DNA of 64,000 bases from sequence record SRR20825006_497. One strand, written 5' to 3'. The translations under genes and the position numbers were made by a program. This document shows positions 35,984 to 46,423 of the stretch, one piece after another (position 1 is the stretch's first letter; every line of letters starts with the position of its first letter). The notes under the pieces are model-generated. The model was not told the origin of the DNA. It worked only from the letters and a program-made list of their open reading frames with translations, and made no database searches.

Positions 35984-37276
35984 TTATGGCCGATTCGAGA
36001 ACAATTTGGGCGGTTTTTGGCCACCTGTTGCCCAATCAAGCAATTCAACCGTGTGAACCACCGGCACATCCATGCCTGATCCCAACTGTATCATGCAGCC
36101 GATATTGCCCGCAGCCACGACATCTGGTGTCTTCTCCGACAAAGTTTTTATTTTCCGGGCTTTCAAATTTTTTGAAATTTCGGGCTGCAAAAGGTTGTAG
36201 GTGCCCGCAGATCCGCAACACAAATGGCCATCGCGCGGCTCGACCACCTCGAATCCCACCCGCTTCAAAAGGTCCTTGGGATAGGTTTTGATCTGTTGCC
36301 CATGTTGCAGAGAACAGGCGGCGTGGTAGGCGACTTTCAACTCCTGTTTGCCCGCGGGCAGGTCGAGTTGCATCAAAACTTCGGAGACATCTTTGGCCAA
36401 AGCGGCGATCTGAGCCGCGTCTTCCGCCATCCCAGAGCCGCGAAACATATGGCCGTAGTCCTTCACCGTAGTGCCGCAGCCCGAGGTGTTGATCACAATC
36501 GCATCCAAGCCCTCGCCCGCGATTTCCGCCATCCAAGCGCGGATGTTTTTGGCCGCAGCACTGTGGCTCTCCGCCTCTTTACCCATGTGATGGGTCAGCG
36601 CACCACAACAGCCCGCGCCTTTGGCCACGACGACGTCACAGCCGAACCGGGTCAACAGCCGGATGGTGGCGTCGTTGATATCGGTATCAAGCGCCTTTTG
36701 CGCACAACCCGTCATCAATGCCACCCGCATTTTACGTGGGCCTTTCGCCGGGAACACCTGTGCATCGTCATTGCGCGACACTGGCGGAATGACCTTCGGG
36801 GCCATCTCCAACATCGCTTTCAGGCGCGGATCGGGCAGAAGATGCCGCAAAGGTTTGGCAATTTTTGCCCCCAAAAGCGCGATGCGAAACCGGTTCGGAT
36901 AGGGAATGATCCGCGCCAAGGTCCAGCGCAGCAGCCGATCCATCATCGGGCGTTTGTAGGTTTTCTCAACATGCACGCGCGCGTGATCAATCAGATGCAT
37001 GTAATGCACCCCCGACGGGCAGGTCGTCATGCAGGCCAGACAGGACAGGCAACGATCCAAATGTTTGACCGTGCGCGCGTCGGCGGGCCGGTCATTTTCC
37101 AACATATCCTTGATCAGATAAATCCGCCCGCGTGGGCTGTCTAGTTCATCGCCTAAGACCGCATAGGTTGGACATGTCGCGGTGCAAAACCCGCAATGCA
37201 CACAGGACCGCAAGATCTCATTGGCGCGCGCAATACCGGGATCGGTGAGCTGTTCGGGAGTAAAATTCGTCTGCAT
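35984..37276 (-). CDS. glcF: Glycolate oxidase Fe-S subunit
   Basis: CVHCGFCTATCP, CLSCLACMTTCP, CCG domains. Confidence 0.95.
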   Translation of the reverse strand: MQTNFTPEQLTDPGIARANEILRSCVHCGFCTATCPTYAVLGDELDSPRGRIYLIKDMLENDRPADARTVKHLDRCLSCLACMTTCPSGVHYMHLIDHARVHVEKTYKRPMMDRLLRWTLARIIPYPNRFRIALLGAKIAKPLRHLLPDPRLKAMLEMAPKVIPPVSRNDDAQVFPAKGPRKMRVALMTGCAQKALDTDINDATIRLLTRFGCDVVVAKGAGCCGALTHHMGKEAESHSAAAKNIRAWMAEIAGEGLDAIVINTSGCGTTVKDYGHMFRGSGMAEDAAQIAALAKDVSEVLMQLDLPAGKQELKVAYHAACSLQHGQQIKTYPKDLLKRVGFEVVEPRDGHLCCGSAGTYNLLQPEISKNLKARKIKTLSEKTPDVVAAGNIGCMIQLGSGMDVPVVHTVELLDWATGGQKPPKLFSNRP

Positions 37277-38415
37277 CAGCCCATCATCCCAGGGTTAAAT
37301 TTCTGTTCTGGATCGAATTTTAGACGCAGCCCCTTGGACAACTGCGCAACGAGTCTGTTTTCCGGCGGGAACACGCCAAGCGCGCGCTTGGTCTCGTCGC
37401 TGGCGCGCACCAAAGTGGCATGACCTTTGCCCATCTTGGCGCGCACATCCGTGCCCGCAGACATCAAAAGCCAAAGCCGACCGCCGCCCCAATCATAAAT
37501 CACATCCAAAGGTGCGATTGCGGCCACCAAACCCGGTGCCTCAGACGACGTCACCGACAGCCGCCACACATCGCCGGGCACGCCGACAAACCGCGTCACA
37601 TCGCGGATCGCACGCCATGTCGCCTCACTCTGCGCGGCCTCCCACTCTACGGCAGCCTCACCCAGATCAGACAGCCGTTGTTGCAATGCCTCCACCCGGT
37701 AGCGCACCGCGCTTTCAATCCCTTCGAGCCGCAAAAGCGTGCGCGCGGGCGTGCCATCCGCCACTTGGCGGAGATGCGCCGCACCCGTAATGTCAAAAGG
37801 CGTGCCCAAAGCACGCGACATCGTGTTGACCGCCTCCACCTCCGTTTGACCTTCAAAGATCAACGTCGCGGTGGTTTCCGGGATCGGCTGGGTCTTGAGG
37901 CTCACTTCGGTCAAGACCCCTAGCGTGCCTTGGCTGCCCGCCATCAGCTTCACCAGATCAAGCCCGGTGACATTTTTCATCACCCGCCCTCCGTTCTTGA
38001 CGATCTTGCCGCGACCATCGACAAAGCGCACACCGAGACAGGCATCGCGACAGGCGCCAACCGCCACCCGGCGCGGGCCAGAGGCATTGGTCGCCACCAT
38101 CCCGCCGATGCTGCGCGCCCCGTCGCGTCCAAGTAGCGGCCCTAAATCAGGCGGCTCAAACGCCAATCTTTGATGCTCTTCTGCAAGCCGTGCGCTCACC
38201 GCATCCACAGCCATCCCAGCCGACACCACAAGCGTCAGAGCCCCCGGATCATAGTCAAACTGCGCGCCGGTCCAAAGCAACCGATCTCCCTCAGCCAGCC
38301 CAATCCGGCTTGTCCCGCCGCCCGTGACCACAAACGGCCCGCCCGTGCGGATCATATCGGCAAGCTGCGCTTCACTGTCGCAGGATATGTCTTTTACCGT
38401 GGCCATAATACTCAT
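37276..38415 (-). CDS. glcE: Glycolate oxidase FAD-binding subunit
   Basis: LAFEPP, GGMVATNASGPRR, GGRVMKNVTGLDL, FDP..KFNPG; coupled to glcD and glcF. Confidence 0.9.
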   Translation of the reverse strand: MSIMATVKDISCDSEAQLADMIRTGGPFVVTGGGTSRIGLAEGDRLLWTGAQFDYDPGALTLVVSAGMAVDAVSARLAEEHQRLAFEPPDLGPLLGRDGARSIGGMVATNASGPRRVAVGACRDACLGVRFVDGRGKIVKNGGRVMKNVTGLDLVKLMAGSQGTLGVLTEVSLKTQPIPETTATLIFEGQTEVEAVNTMSRALGTPFDITGAAHLRQVADGTPARTLLRLEGIESAVRYRVEALQQRLSDLGEAAVEWEAAQSEATWRAIRDVTRFVGVPGDVWRLSVTSSEAPGLVAAIAPLDVIYDWGGGRLWLLMSAGTDVRAKMGKGHATLVRASDETKRALGVFPPENRLVAQLSKGLRLKFDPEQKFNPGMMG

Positions 38416-39848
38416 TGCGCACCCCTCCGACCCGCGCTCACAGCAAGCGGGAAAACCTTCGCCGGGTTCAAAATCCACGTCGGATCAAATACATCCTTCA
38501 CCGCCATTTGCGCCTCAAGATCGGCGGGGGAAAATTGATGGGTCATCAGATCGCGTTTCTCAACCCCCACGCCATGCTCTCCGGTCAAACAGCCGCCCAC
38601 ATCGACGCAGAGCTTCAAAATATCCGCGCCCAACGCCTCAGCGCTTTCCAATTGGCCGGGCTCGTTCGCGTTGAACAGGATCAGCGGGTGCATATTGCCA
38701 TCGCCCGCATGAAACACATTGCCGACCATATGCCCTGCGGCCTCGGACAGCTCCCCGATGCGTTTGAGCACAGTGGGCAGCGCACCCACCGGGATCGTGC
38801 CATCAAGGCAAATATAATCGCCCATCTGCCCCATCGCACCAAAGGCGGATTTGCGCCCCAACCAGATCCGCGCGCTTTCCTCAGGCCCTTGGCTTTCGCG
38901 AATTTCAACCGGATTGTGGCGTTTGGCGATGGTGGTGATGCGGGCCAGTTGGTCCGCGATTTCTTGTGGCGATCCTGCGACCTCGACGATCAAAAGCGCC
39001 TCGCAATCGGGGTAACCCGCCCCGGCAAAGGATTCCGTGGCGCGGATGATCGGACGGTCCATAAACTCAATCGCCACCGGGATCAGACCCGATTTGATGA
39101 TGTCGGCCACACAGGCCCCCGCAACCTCGTTGCTGTCAAATCCGATCAACACCGGACGCGCGCCTTCAGGCTTTGGTAAAATGCGCAGAGTCGCCTCGGT
39201 GACGACACCAAGCTGCCCTTCGGAGCCACAAATCACTCCCAAAAGATCTAGCCCGCCCGCATCCATATGCGCGCCGCCGATCTCGACCACCTCACCATCG
39301 GCCAAAACCAGGGTGACGCCCAAAAGATTGTTCGTCGTCACCCCATATTTGAGGCAATGCGCGCCGCCGGAATTCATCGCGATATTGCCGGCAATGGCAC
39401 AGGCCAATTGGCTTGAGGGATCGGGGGCGTAGAAAAATCCGTCGCTTTCGACCGCGGCGGTGACCGAGAGATTGGTCATGCCCGTTTGCACCCGGATGTA
39501 GCGGTCGCTGGTGTTGATCTCAATCACCTCACGCAGCCGCGCCACCCCAAGGATCACGCAATCCGCCGTCGGCAAAGCGCCCCCCGCAAGCGAGGTCCCC
39601 GATCCACGCGGCACCACGGGCACGCCCATCTGGTGACAGATGCGCAGGATGGCGGCCACCTCTTCGGTCGTGCTCGGCAACACGGCCACCAAAGGCGCGC
39701 AACGATAGGCGGTCAGCGCGTCACATTCATAGGCCCGCACCTCCTCGGGCGCGTCGATCACCGCGTCTTTCGGCAAGACCGCGCGCAGTCGCGCCACGAG
39801 TTTTGGCTTTTGCGCAAGGAGGTCGGGATTGGGGGTCGGCATGTCCAT
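38412..39848 (-). CDS. glcD: Glycolate oxidase subunit GlcD
   Basis: PRGSGTSLAGG, YAPDPSSQ, GGAHCLKYGVT, HAGDGNMHP, GEHGVGVEK. Confidence 0.93.
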   Translation of the reverse strand: MDMPTPNPDLLAQKPKLVARLRAVLPKDAVIDAPEEVRAYECDALTAYRCAPLVAVLPSTTEEVAAILRICHQMGVPVVPRGSGTSLAGGALPTADCVILGVARLREVIEINTSDRYIRVQTGMTNLSVTAAVESDGFFYAPDPSSQLACAIAGNIAMNSGGAHCLKYGVTTNNLLGVTLVLADGEVVEIGGAHMDAGGLDLLGVICGSEGQLGVVTEATLRILPKPEGARPVLIGFDSNEVAGACVADIIKSGLIPVAIEFMDRPIIRATESFAGAGYPDCEALLIVEVAGSPQEIADQLARITTIAKRHNPVEIRESQGPEESARIWLGRKSAFGAMGQMGDYICLDGTIPVGALPTVLKRIGELSEAAGHMVGNVFHAGDGNMHPLILFNANEPGQLESAEALGADILKLCVDVGGCLTGEHGVGVEKRDLMTHQFSPADLEAQMAVKDVFDPTWILNPAKVFPLAVSAGRRGAQ

Positions 39849-39866
39849 TGTGATCTCCTCGCTATC

Positions 39867-39895
39867 ATTGGTAACTTTTTATAACCAATTTACCA
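39867..39895. promoter_or_regulatory. FadR/GlcC-type operator-like site upstream of glcD
   Basis: Nested inverted repeats ATTGGT...ACCAAT and TGGTAA...TTACCA. Confidence 0.45.
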
Positions 39896-39932
39896 GAATG
39901 ACAAGCCTACATGGTTTGCGTATTGCTATGAT

Positions 39933-40628
39933 ATGGAACTCATGGATCATCTCAAATTTTTCACGTCCCTCGATGCCCTCGCCGTCGGCTATTTGCTGTT
40001 GGCGTGGTTCGGGATTGGCTATGTCATCGAACGCCCGTTGGGATCGCGTATCTCGACCTCTGTTTTGGTGGCCAATTACCGAAAACAATGGATGATCCAG
40101 ATGATCACCCGCCAGCCACGGATTTTTGACGCGACGATTTTAGGCACCCTGCGCGAGGGCACATCGTTTTTTGCCTCCGCCTGTCTGATCGCCATCGGCG
40201 GTGGCTTGGCGGCGATCTCGAACGCGAAAAAATTGAGTGACGTGGCCCAAAACCTCGCTCTCGATGCGCCTGAAATCATTTGGGAAGTTAAAATTCTGTT
40301 GGCCCTGCTGTTCATCACCAGCGCCTTTTTAAAATTCATCTGGTCCAACCGGCTGTTTGGCTATTGCGGCGTGGTCATGGCTTCGGTGCCGAATGACAAA
40401 AACGACCCCTTGGCCCTGCCCCGCGCGCAAAAGGCGGGGGATTTGAACATCACAGCGGCCCGCGCCTTTAACGGTGGCTTGCGCGGCATTTATTTCGCGC
40501 TTGGCTCGCTTGGATGGCTGCTTGGCCCGGTCGGCTTGCTGGTGAGCACAACGCTCACCCTGTTCATCCTGCTGCGACGCGAATTCGCCTCCACCTCCCG
40601 CGAAATTTTACTGCGCGACGAAGGTTGA
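39933..40628 (+). CDS. DUF599 family membrane protein
   Basis: RIFDATILG, FFASAC, FLKFIWSNRLFGYC, FNGGLRGIYF, RREFAS. Confidence 0.85.
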   Translation: MELMDHLKFFTSLDALAVGYLLLAWFGIGYVIERPLGSRISTSVLVANYRKQWMIQMITRQPRIFDATILGTLREGTSFFASACLIAIGGGLAAISNAKKLSDVAQNLALDAPEIIWEVKILLALLFITSAFLKFIWSNRLFGYCGVVMASVPNDKNDPLALPRAQKAGDLNITAARAFNGGLRGIYFALGSLGWLLGPVGLLVSTTLTLFILLRREFASTSREILLRDEG

Positions 40629-40730
40629 TGCCTTTTCTGAGACGTGTTCACCTTAGAGCAAGCCGAATGGGCGCACAGAACACACAAATCCCGATGCAAA
40701 TAAGGAAGAGCCCTGTTCGTGAATGATGCG

Positions 40731-40752
40731 GCGAAGGTCTGGAATGAGCCCA
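40731..40752 (+). repeat. Left flanking motif of low-GC orphan
   Basis: GCGAAGGTCTGGAATGAGCCCA, ends 3 nt from the orphan's stop codon; related to 41439-41469. Confidence 0.5.
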
Positions 40753-40755
40753 TAT

Positions 40756-41334
40756 CTACCTACTTAGGCACGCCAGATTGTGCACACAGATGTCTTCCGG
40801 CTGGTCGAACAGCCGTATCATTGTGTGGTCTATTTGGTGCGCCGATGGGGTTCGCATTACAACAACGACAGTGATCCAGTTCTCACTTTCGTGGTAGTAA
40901 TAGGAGCTCAACCAATCTGTGGGACCGAGAGCGGCATTTATTGTCGGGTTGGGATGCTCGAAACCACTCAAAAGTCTTTGAACAGTATCATTCATTTCGG
41001 CGGCTATGGCCTTACCATAAGGTGCAGTGGCGAGCGCACATTCCTTTGTACCCTCTAATGCCTCAGTCCCAGAAACAACAAATAAGACATTGAAACCTTC
41101 GGCTTTAGAAAGCAAAGCAGGGCCATCCAGAACTCTCGCGGCAGCGACCTCACCCCCCAATTCACTAAGAAACAGAGATAGGCGCGGTGCGTTCAGTTCC
41201 GCAAAATCTGAACATAAAACTACGTTCTCAGCACCGAGGAAAGCGGCACCACTACGAAAGGGCATTGGAATCTCTGCCGACGCGGCACGTGCGATAACGC
41301 AAAGCCACAAGGATGCTATTAAACAGAACCTCAT
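40756..41334 (-). CDS. Low-GC orphan, possibly exported protein
   Basis: ORF 40756-41352; start at MRFCLIASLWLCVIARAASA gives a signal-peptide-like N-terminus; composition clearly more AT-rich than neighbours. Confidence 0.6.
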   Translation of the reverse strand: MRFCLIASLWLCVIARAASAEIPMPFRSGAAFLGAENVVLCSDFAELNAPRLSLFLSELGGEVAAARVLDGPALLSKAEGFNVLFVVSGTEALEGTKECALATAPYGKAIAAEMNDTVQRLLSGFEHPNPTINAALGPTDWLSSYYYHESENWITVVVVMRTPSAHQIDHTMIRLFDQPEDICVHNLACLSR

Positions 41335-41438
41335 AGGCCATCTGTCCTTCAAGAACTTCCTTAGGTCAAGGCGTCAGCAGCGAGAACTCAAGCCAAGGAA
41401 ACCTCCGCGCTTTCTTCTGCAATCAATGTAAACGGCTA

Positions 41439-41469
41439 AAGGTCCGCAAAGTCCCGCACCGCAAACCTT
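41439..41469 (+). repeat. Right flanking hairpin motif of low-GC orphan
   Basis: AAGGTCCGC-AAAGTCCCGCACC-GCAAACCTT imperfect palindrome. Confidence 0.5.
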
Positions 41470-41576
41470 CACACCCTGCGTGGCGAATGTGGTGGCTTTG
41501 GAGCACAAAGTGCCCCCCAAGTGCCGCCCGCAAATCGCCGCCTTGTGCCAAAGGGGCGCGACCTGCGATAGTCGCC

Positions 41577-43658
41577 TCACCGCCGCCCTTCGCGTAACCA
41601 CGCCCAAACGGTCAATCCGGCCAAGATCACCAGCCAAAGCCAGCCGGGGAACAGTGGCGTCAGACGGGTGGATTGGGTGACAAACGCCGCGCGCGGGGTC
41701 ACGCCGATCCAGCCTCTTCCCGCCGCCACACGGCCCTCGGCCACGGTGCGGATCATCGGGAGTCCATTCGAAAGCGCCATGACGCCGCCTTTGGTCGCGG
41801 CAATGACAGGGGCCAGTTTAGCTCCCGTCGCGATGGTTTCTTCAAACTCACGCGGCGCTGCGGGCCCCAAGACCATCACCGCCTCCTGATCACCTTCCGT
41901 GAGACGATAGAGCCCCATCTCAGCGCCTTGATGCTGGGCCATAAACCGCCCCGGGCTGACCTCTTCCATCGGCACGGTCACGGTGGTGCCATCCGGGGCC
42001 TCAATGGTGACCTCATGGTCGCTATCAGACAGGCTGCGCCGGGTAATGGTCAAACTCGCACCGTCAGAGGTGGCGGTCAACGCCTCTTCCTCAAGCTCCG
42101 GTTCTTTCATCATCCAATGCGCCAAACGCCGTAACAATTCGAGCTGCGGCCCGCCACCCTCGATCCCGCGGGTCCAAAGCCACGCATGATCGGAGGCCAG
42201 CACAGCCACCCGGCCCTCACCGACCCGATCCAGCACCAAAAGTGGACGATCGTCGACACCAGACATCACCACCTCGGGCGCATCCGGTCCCGTTTCCGTG
42301 CCAGGATCAAGGTCGATTTGCCGGAACCAGCGGCCCCACTCCGGCGCATCCGTGGCAACACGCAACCCGCCAAGGCCCTCGGTGACCGGATGGCGCGCGC
42401 CGATATCGGTCAGGCGCGGTTGATAGCCCTGCTCATAAATCCGCCCCGAGGGCGCCAGCGGAATGATCCGCGCCAAGGGCGAGCGATACAGACTGTCGGC
42501 ACTGGCAAAATCGGGTCCAGCAGCAAACAAAACCGCCCCGCCGTCTTCGACATAGCGGGCGATGTTGTCCAGATAGGAGGGCGGAAGGATGCCACGCAAT
42601 TTGTAGCGGTCAAAGATGATCAGGTCGAAATCATCGACCTTTTCCATGAACAATTCGCGGGTTGGAAAGGCAATAAGCGACAGTTCGGTGACCGGAACCC
42701 CGTCTTGTTTGGACGGTGGGCGCAAAATGGTGAAATGCACGAGATCGACAGAGGGGTCCGATTTCAACAGGTTGCGCCATGTGCGTTCGCCATTATGCGG
42801 CTCGCCCGACACCAAAAGCACGCGCAGACGATCCCGCACGCCATTGATTTGAACCATCGCGGCATTGTTGCGCGTGGTCAACTCACCGGCGGCTTCGGGC
42901 AGGGTGAATTGGATCACATTCATCCCGCCATGTGCCAAGGTCAGCGGCACGTCGATGGCGCGCCCGACGGGGATGGTGAATTCCTGCGCGTCACCGCCGT
43001 CAATCGACACGATCAGCGGAGTGGTGTTGCCAATGGAGGCGGGCACGGCGCCTTGGTCCTCGACTTTAAGGGTCAGAGTGACCTCTTCGTCCAGAATAGC
43101 AAAGCTGGGCGCGTTTTCCACGATCAGGCGACGATCCCAATCGGTCGGCGCGCCAGTAAGCAACAGGTGCAGCGGCGCCGGAAAATCCGGGGCCAGTTCC
43201 ACATCATGCAGTTGTCCATCCGAGACCATAATCGCCCCGGCCAAACGCCCGCGTGGCTCGTCGGCCATGGCTTCCGCGAGTGCGGTCATCAACAGTGTGC
43301 CGCGATTGTCGGGGGCATCGCCCAAGGGCACGATCCGCAGCTCGGTGTTGGGCAGGGCATTGAGGCGCGCAGTGAGACCCGCCACGGCTTCGGCCACTTG
43401 GGTGCTGCGGTCCGCGAGGTCTTGCGAGGCACTTTCATCAACCAACAAAAGCACGATGTCGGACAGCGGATCACGCTCTTCTTGTTGCAGCGAGGGCCCG
43501 GCGAGATAGATCAGGATCAACGCCGCGGCCCCTGCCCGTAAGGGCCAGCCGCGCAGCCCGCGCAGGGCAGAGAACCCCACAAGTACCAGCGCAATCCCGG
43601 CGAGGATCGCCAGCGCGGAGAGCGGCAGATGCGGGGAAAAGATCAGATCGCGGATCAT
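41577..43658 (-). CDS. Membrane-anchored vWA-like/class I GATase-like protein of MoxR operon
   Basis: N-terminal TMs, LLVDESASQ (DxSxS), SDGQLHD, LRVLLVSGEPH, DLVHFTILRPP, C-terminal TM ending WLREGRR. Confidence 0.8.
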   Translation of the reverse strand: MIRDLIFSPHLPLSALAILAGIALVLVGFSALRGLRGWPLRAGAAALILIYLAGPSLQQEERDPLSDIVLLLVDESASQDLADRSTQVAEAVAGLTARLNALPNTELRIVPLGDAPDNRGTLLMTALAEAMADEPRGRLAGAIMVSDGQLHDVELAPDFPAPLHLLLTGAPTDWDRRLIVENAPSFAILDEEVTLTLKVEDQGAVPASIGNTTPLIVSIDGGDAQEFTIPVGRAIDVPLTLAHGGMNVIQFTLPEAAGELTTRNNAAMVQINGVRDRLRVLLVSGEPHNGERTWRNLLKSDPSVDLVHFTILRPPSKQDGVPVTELSLIAFPTRELFMEKVDDFDLIIFDRYKLRGILPPSYLDNIARYVEDGGAVLFAAGPDFASADSLYRSPLARIIPLAPSGRIYEQGYQPRLTDIGARHPVTEGLGGLRVATDAPEWGRWFRQIDLDPGTETGPDAPEVVMSGVDDRPLLVLDRVGEGRVAVLASDHAWLWTRGIEGGGPQLELLRRLAHWMMKEPELEEEALTATSDGASLTITRRSLSDSDHEVTIEAPDGTTVTVPMEEVSPGRFMAQHQGAEMGLYRLTEGDQEAVMVLGPAAPREFEETIATGAKLAPVIAATKGGVMALSNGLPMIRTVAEGRVAAGRGWIGVTPRAAFVTQSTRLTPLFPGWLWLVILAGLTVWAWLREGRR

Positions 43659-46423
43659 TGGCTCAACCTGTCTAACAAGGCGGGGACATGGACCTGATCG
43701 GATTTGTAATTGCCGGTCAGCACATACATCACCAAATTGACGCCAAAGCGATAGGCCAACTCACGCTGACGTTCGCCATTGAACCCGCGCCCCACCGGGA
43801 CCAACGGCACGCCTGTGCCATCCACGGCCCAAGCTGCTGCCCAATCGCCACCGCCAATCACCACCGGGGTGACATTGTCGTTGAGATTGCGAAACGGCAT
43901 GCCTTCGGCCTGTTCGGCATTGGCCGAGGCTTCGACCCAGACTGTGCCCTCGGCATGGCGTCCGGGGAATTCGCGTAACAGATAAAAGGTGCGGGTGAGA
44001 ACATGATCTTCGGGGATGTGTTCGAGCGCGGGAATGTCAAGCGGACGCGCCAGAGCCTGAAGTTTCAGACCTGTCGGCGTCGCCGCGCCGAAGCTCGCGA
44101 CATCGGCATCACGGGTGTCAAACAAGATCATGCCCCCGGTGCGCAAATAGGCGTTGAGTTTGATATAGGCGGCAGCCGTTGGGATCGGCTGATCGGCGGT
44201 CACCGGCCAATAGAGGATCGGAAAGAACCCAAGCGGATCGGTGTCGAGACTCACCCCCATCGGCGGCGACGGTTCCACCGACGTGCGGGCATTGAGCACG
44301 GCAGACAGCCCCGCAAGACCCGCCTCAGACAGGCTGTCGATGCGGGCATCGCCGGTGCGCACATAAGCCAACGCCACCTCAGTACTGGCGGCCAAAGCAA
44401 ACGGATCAGACAGGGTGTCCGGCGCGTCCTGGGCGCGCGGGGCGGAGAGCGGCATCGCGAGAGCGAGCAGCAAAATCGGCACCATCCGCGCGCCAAACAA
44501 GCGGCCAGAGAGCCAAAGCGAGGCAATCACATCGCCCCCCAAAAGCGTGAGCGCCGCCAAAAGGAGCATGGGCGTCAGCGGACGTTCGTTGCGGGTCTGA
44601 CCGCCCGTGACGGGAACATCCACGGGCCATTGCGTCGCAATGAGGCGATCCTCTGCCCCCAAAACATTGAGCGCCAAAACGCTGTCGCGGGCTTGGTACA
44701 GTCCTGGCGGGGTGGCCGCAGACGCCTTAGCGGTGGCAAAGACCGCCCCTTCAATGGGCACCATCGCCGCCGCGTCACTCAACGTTCCAAACCCATCCAG
44801 CCGTTTCATGGGCTGCACTGTTTGCCCCGCCAGATCATCGGCCTCCGCCTGTGCCGCCCGCGAGGTCACGGCCAGCCGATCCAGCATCGCCACAAACAGC
44901 CCCGAAAGCGGCAAGGTGGACCATTCGGCATTGGCGGTGACATGGAACAACACCACCTGGCCCTGCCCCACCGGCTTACGCGTCACCATCGGCGTGCCAT
45001 CGCCCAAGGTCGCGATCACCCGCACCGCCAGATCGGGGTCGGGTTGCGCCATGACTTGGGCGGAGACGGTGACATCTTCGGGCACGGGCAGGCCGTAAAA
45101 CGGCGAGGTCTCGGCAAAGGGGCGCAGGGTTTTCGGCTCGCCCCATGACATTGCGCCGCCAATCGTGCGCCCGCCCGCGCGCAGGCGCACCGGCAAAAGC
45201 GGGTCTTCCGCGTCGCGCGCCACATCAGAGGCCGCGAGATTTGGCCCGGCAAAGCGCAGTAAAAGCCCGCCCTCACTGACCCAATCCAGCAAAGGCGCCG
45301 CCTCGCCGCCGGACAGATGGGCGATGTCGGCCAGAATGATCACATCCGGGTTGGCTTGGATCAGGTCAGCCAAGGCACCTTCGATCACATCGGCTTTGCC
45401 ATTCAACGCCGCGCGCAGGTAATGCAGTTGCGACAAAAGTTGAAGCCCCTCGCGGCTGTCGCGCACCGTCACAAGGCCGACTTCGCGGCGTTTGAGGCTG
45501 TCATCGGCCAAACGGATTGCGCCTGCGGAGCGCTGTCCTTCGATCTCAAACCGAGTGATGCGATTGCGCAGTTCAGGCGGCAAATCGAACAGGGCGGACA
45601 CCGCGTCCTCGCCGCTGCCGAATGTCACCTCTTGGCGCGCCAAAACCCGAGGCACACCCGCCGGGTCCGGACCATGTGCCAAAACGGTCACCGAAGCCTC
45701 GCCCGCCGTTCCGCGCCGTTGCACCAATAGATCCACGCCGGTCTCATCGACCGAAGTCGGCCCCAACCCATAGAGCGCGCGCGGGGTTTCGAACACCGAC
45801 ACAGGCCCCTTTGCGTCCAAGACGGTCAGGACATCGGCGCGGCCCAAACGGTCCAACCCATCCGAGAGCCAAAGCGTTTCATAGCCACCTTGGATCGTGC
45901 CAAGTGCCGTCAAAAGTTCGGCCATATCCGGGGCATAGGGCGCGGGCGCAAGCCCCGACAAACGCGCGCGCCAATCGGAGGCGGAGAGAAAGTCGCACGG
46001 CTGGGCCGAGAGGTCGGTGGCGGTCAAAATGCACACGGTGCGATTGCCCGCCTCAGCCTCTTCAAGCGCTTGTTCCACCCGTCCGATCCGCAAGGCCCAA
46101 TCAGGGGCTGAGGCCCAGCTTGCGTCCATCACGACAACCAAAGACCCGGTGCCGCCACGGTCCACACGTGGGTTCAACACCGGCCCGGCAAAGGCCAAGA
46201 TCAACGCCGCCACCGCCAACATGCGCAACAGCAAAAGCCACCACGGCGTGCGATCCGCCTCAGTCTCATCATCGGTAAGGCCCAGCAAAAGCGCGATACC
46301 GGGAAAGCGGCGGCGGATCGGTGCGGGTGGCACGGCGCGCAGCACGAACCACAGGATCGGCAGAGCCAAAAGCCCAAGCAAAACCCAAGGCGCGGTGAAG
46401 CCTACGGGGCCTAAAATCCACAT
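43655..46423 (-). CDS. BatA N-terminal + DUF4159 domain protein
   Basis: FTAPWVLLGLLALPILW...PP..RRFP, TPWWLLLLR (BatA); C-terminal YLRTGGMILFDTRD, HVLTRTFYLL, FGVNLVMYVLTGNYKSDQVH. Confidence 0.85.
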   Translation of the reverse strand: MWILGPVGFTAPWVLLGLLALPILWFVLRAVPPAPIRRRFPGIALLLGLTDDETEADRTPWWLLLLRMLAVAALILAFAGPVLNPRVDRGGTGSLVVVMDASWASAPDWALRIGRVEQALEEAEAGNRTVCILTATDLSAQPCDFLSASDWRARLSGLAPAPYAPDMAELLTALGTIQGGYETLWLSDGLDRLGRADVLTVLDAKGPVSVFETPRALYGLGPTSVDETGVDLLVQRRGTAGEASVTVLAHGPDPAGVPRVLARQEVTFGSGEDAVSALFDLPPELRNRITRFEIEGQRSAGAIRLADDSLKRREVGLVTVRDSREGLQLLSQLHYLRAALNGKADVIEGALADLIQANPDVIILADIAHLSGGEAAPLLDWVSEGGLLLRFAGPNLAASDVARDAEDPLLPVRLRAGGRTIGGAMSWGEPKTLRPFAETSPFYGLPVPEDVTVSAQVMAQPDPDLAVRVIATLGDGTPMVTRKPVGQGQVVLFHVTANAEWSTLPLSGLFVAMLDRLAVTSRAAQAEADDLAGQTVQPMKRLDGFGTLSDAAAMVPIEGAVFATAKASAATPPGLYQARDSVLALNVLGAEDRLIATQWPVDVPVTGGQTRNERPLTPMLLLAALTLLGGDVIASLWLSGRLFGARMVPILLLALAMPLSAPRAQDAPDTLSDPFALAASTEVALAYVRTGDARIDSLSEAGLAGLSAVLNARTSVEPSPPMGVSLDTDPLGFFPILYWPVTADQPIPTAAAYIKLNAYLRTGGMILFDTRDADVASFGAATPTGLKLQALARPLDIPALEHIPEDHVLTRTFYLLREFPGRHAEGTVWVEASANAEQAEGMPFRNLNDNVTPVVIGGGDWAAAWAVDGTGVPLVPVGRGFNGERQRELAYRFGVNLVMYVLTGNYKSDQVHVPALLDRLSQ

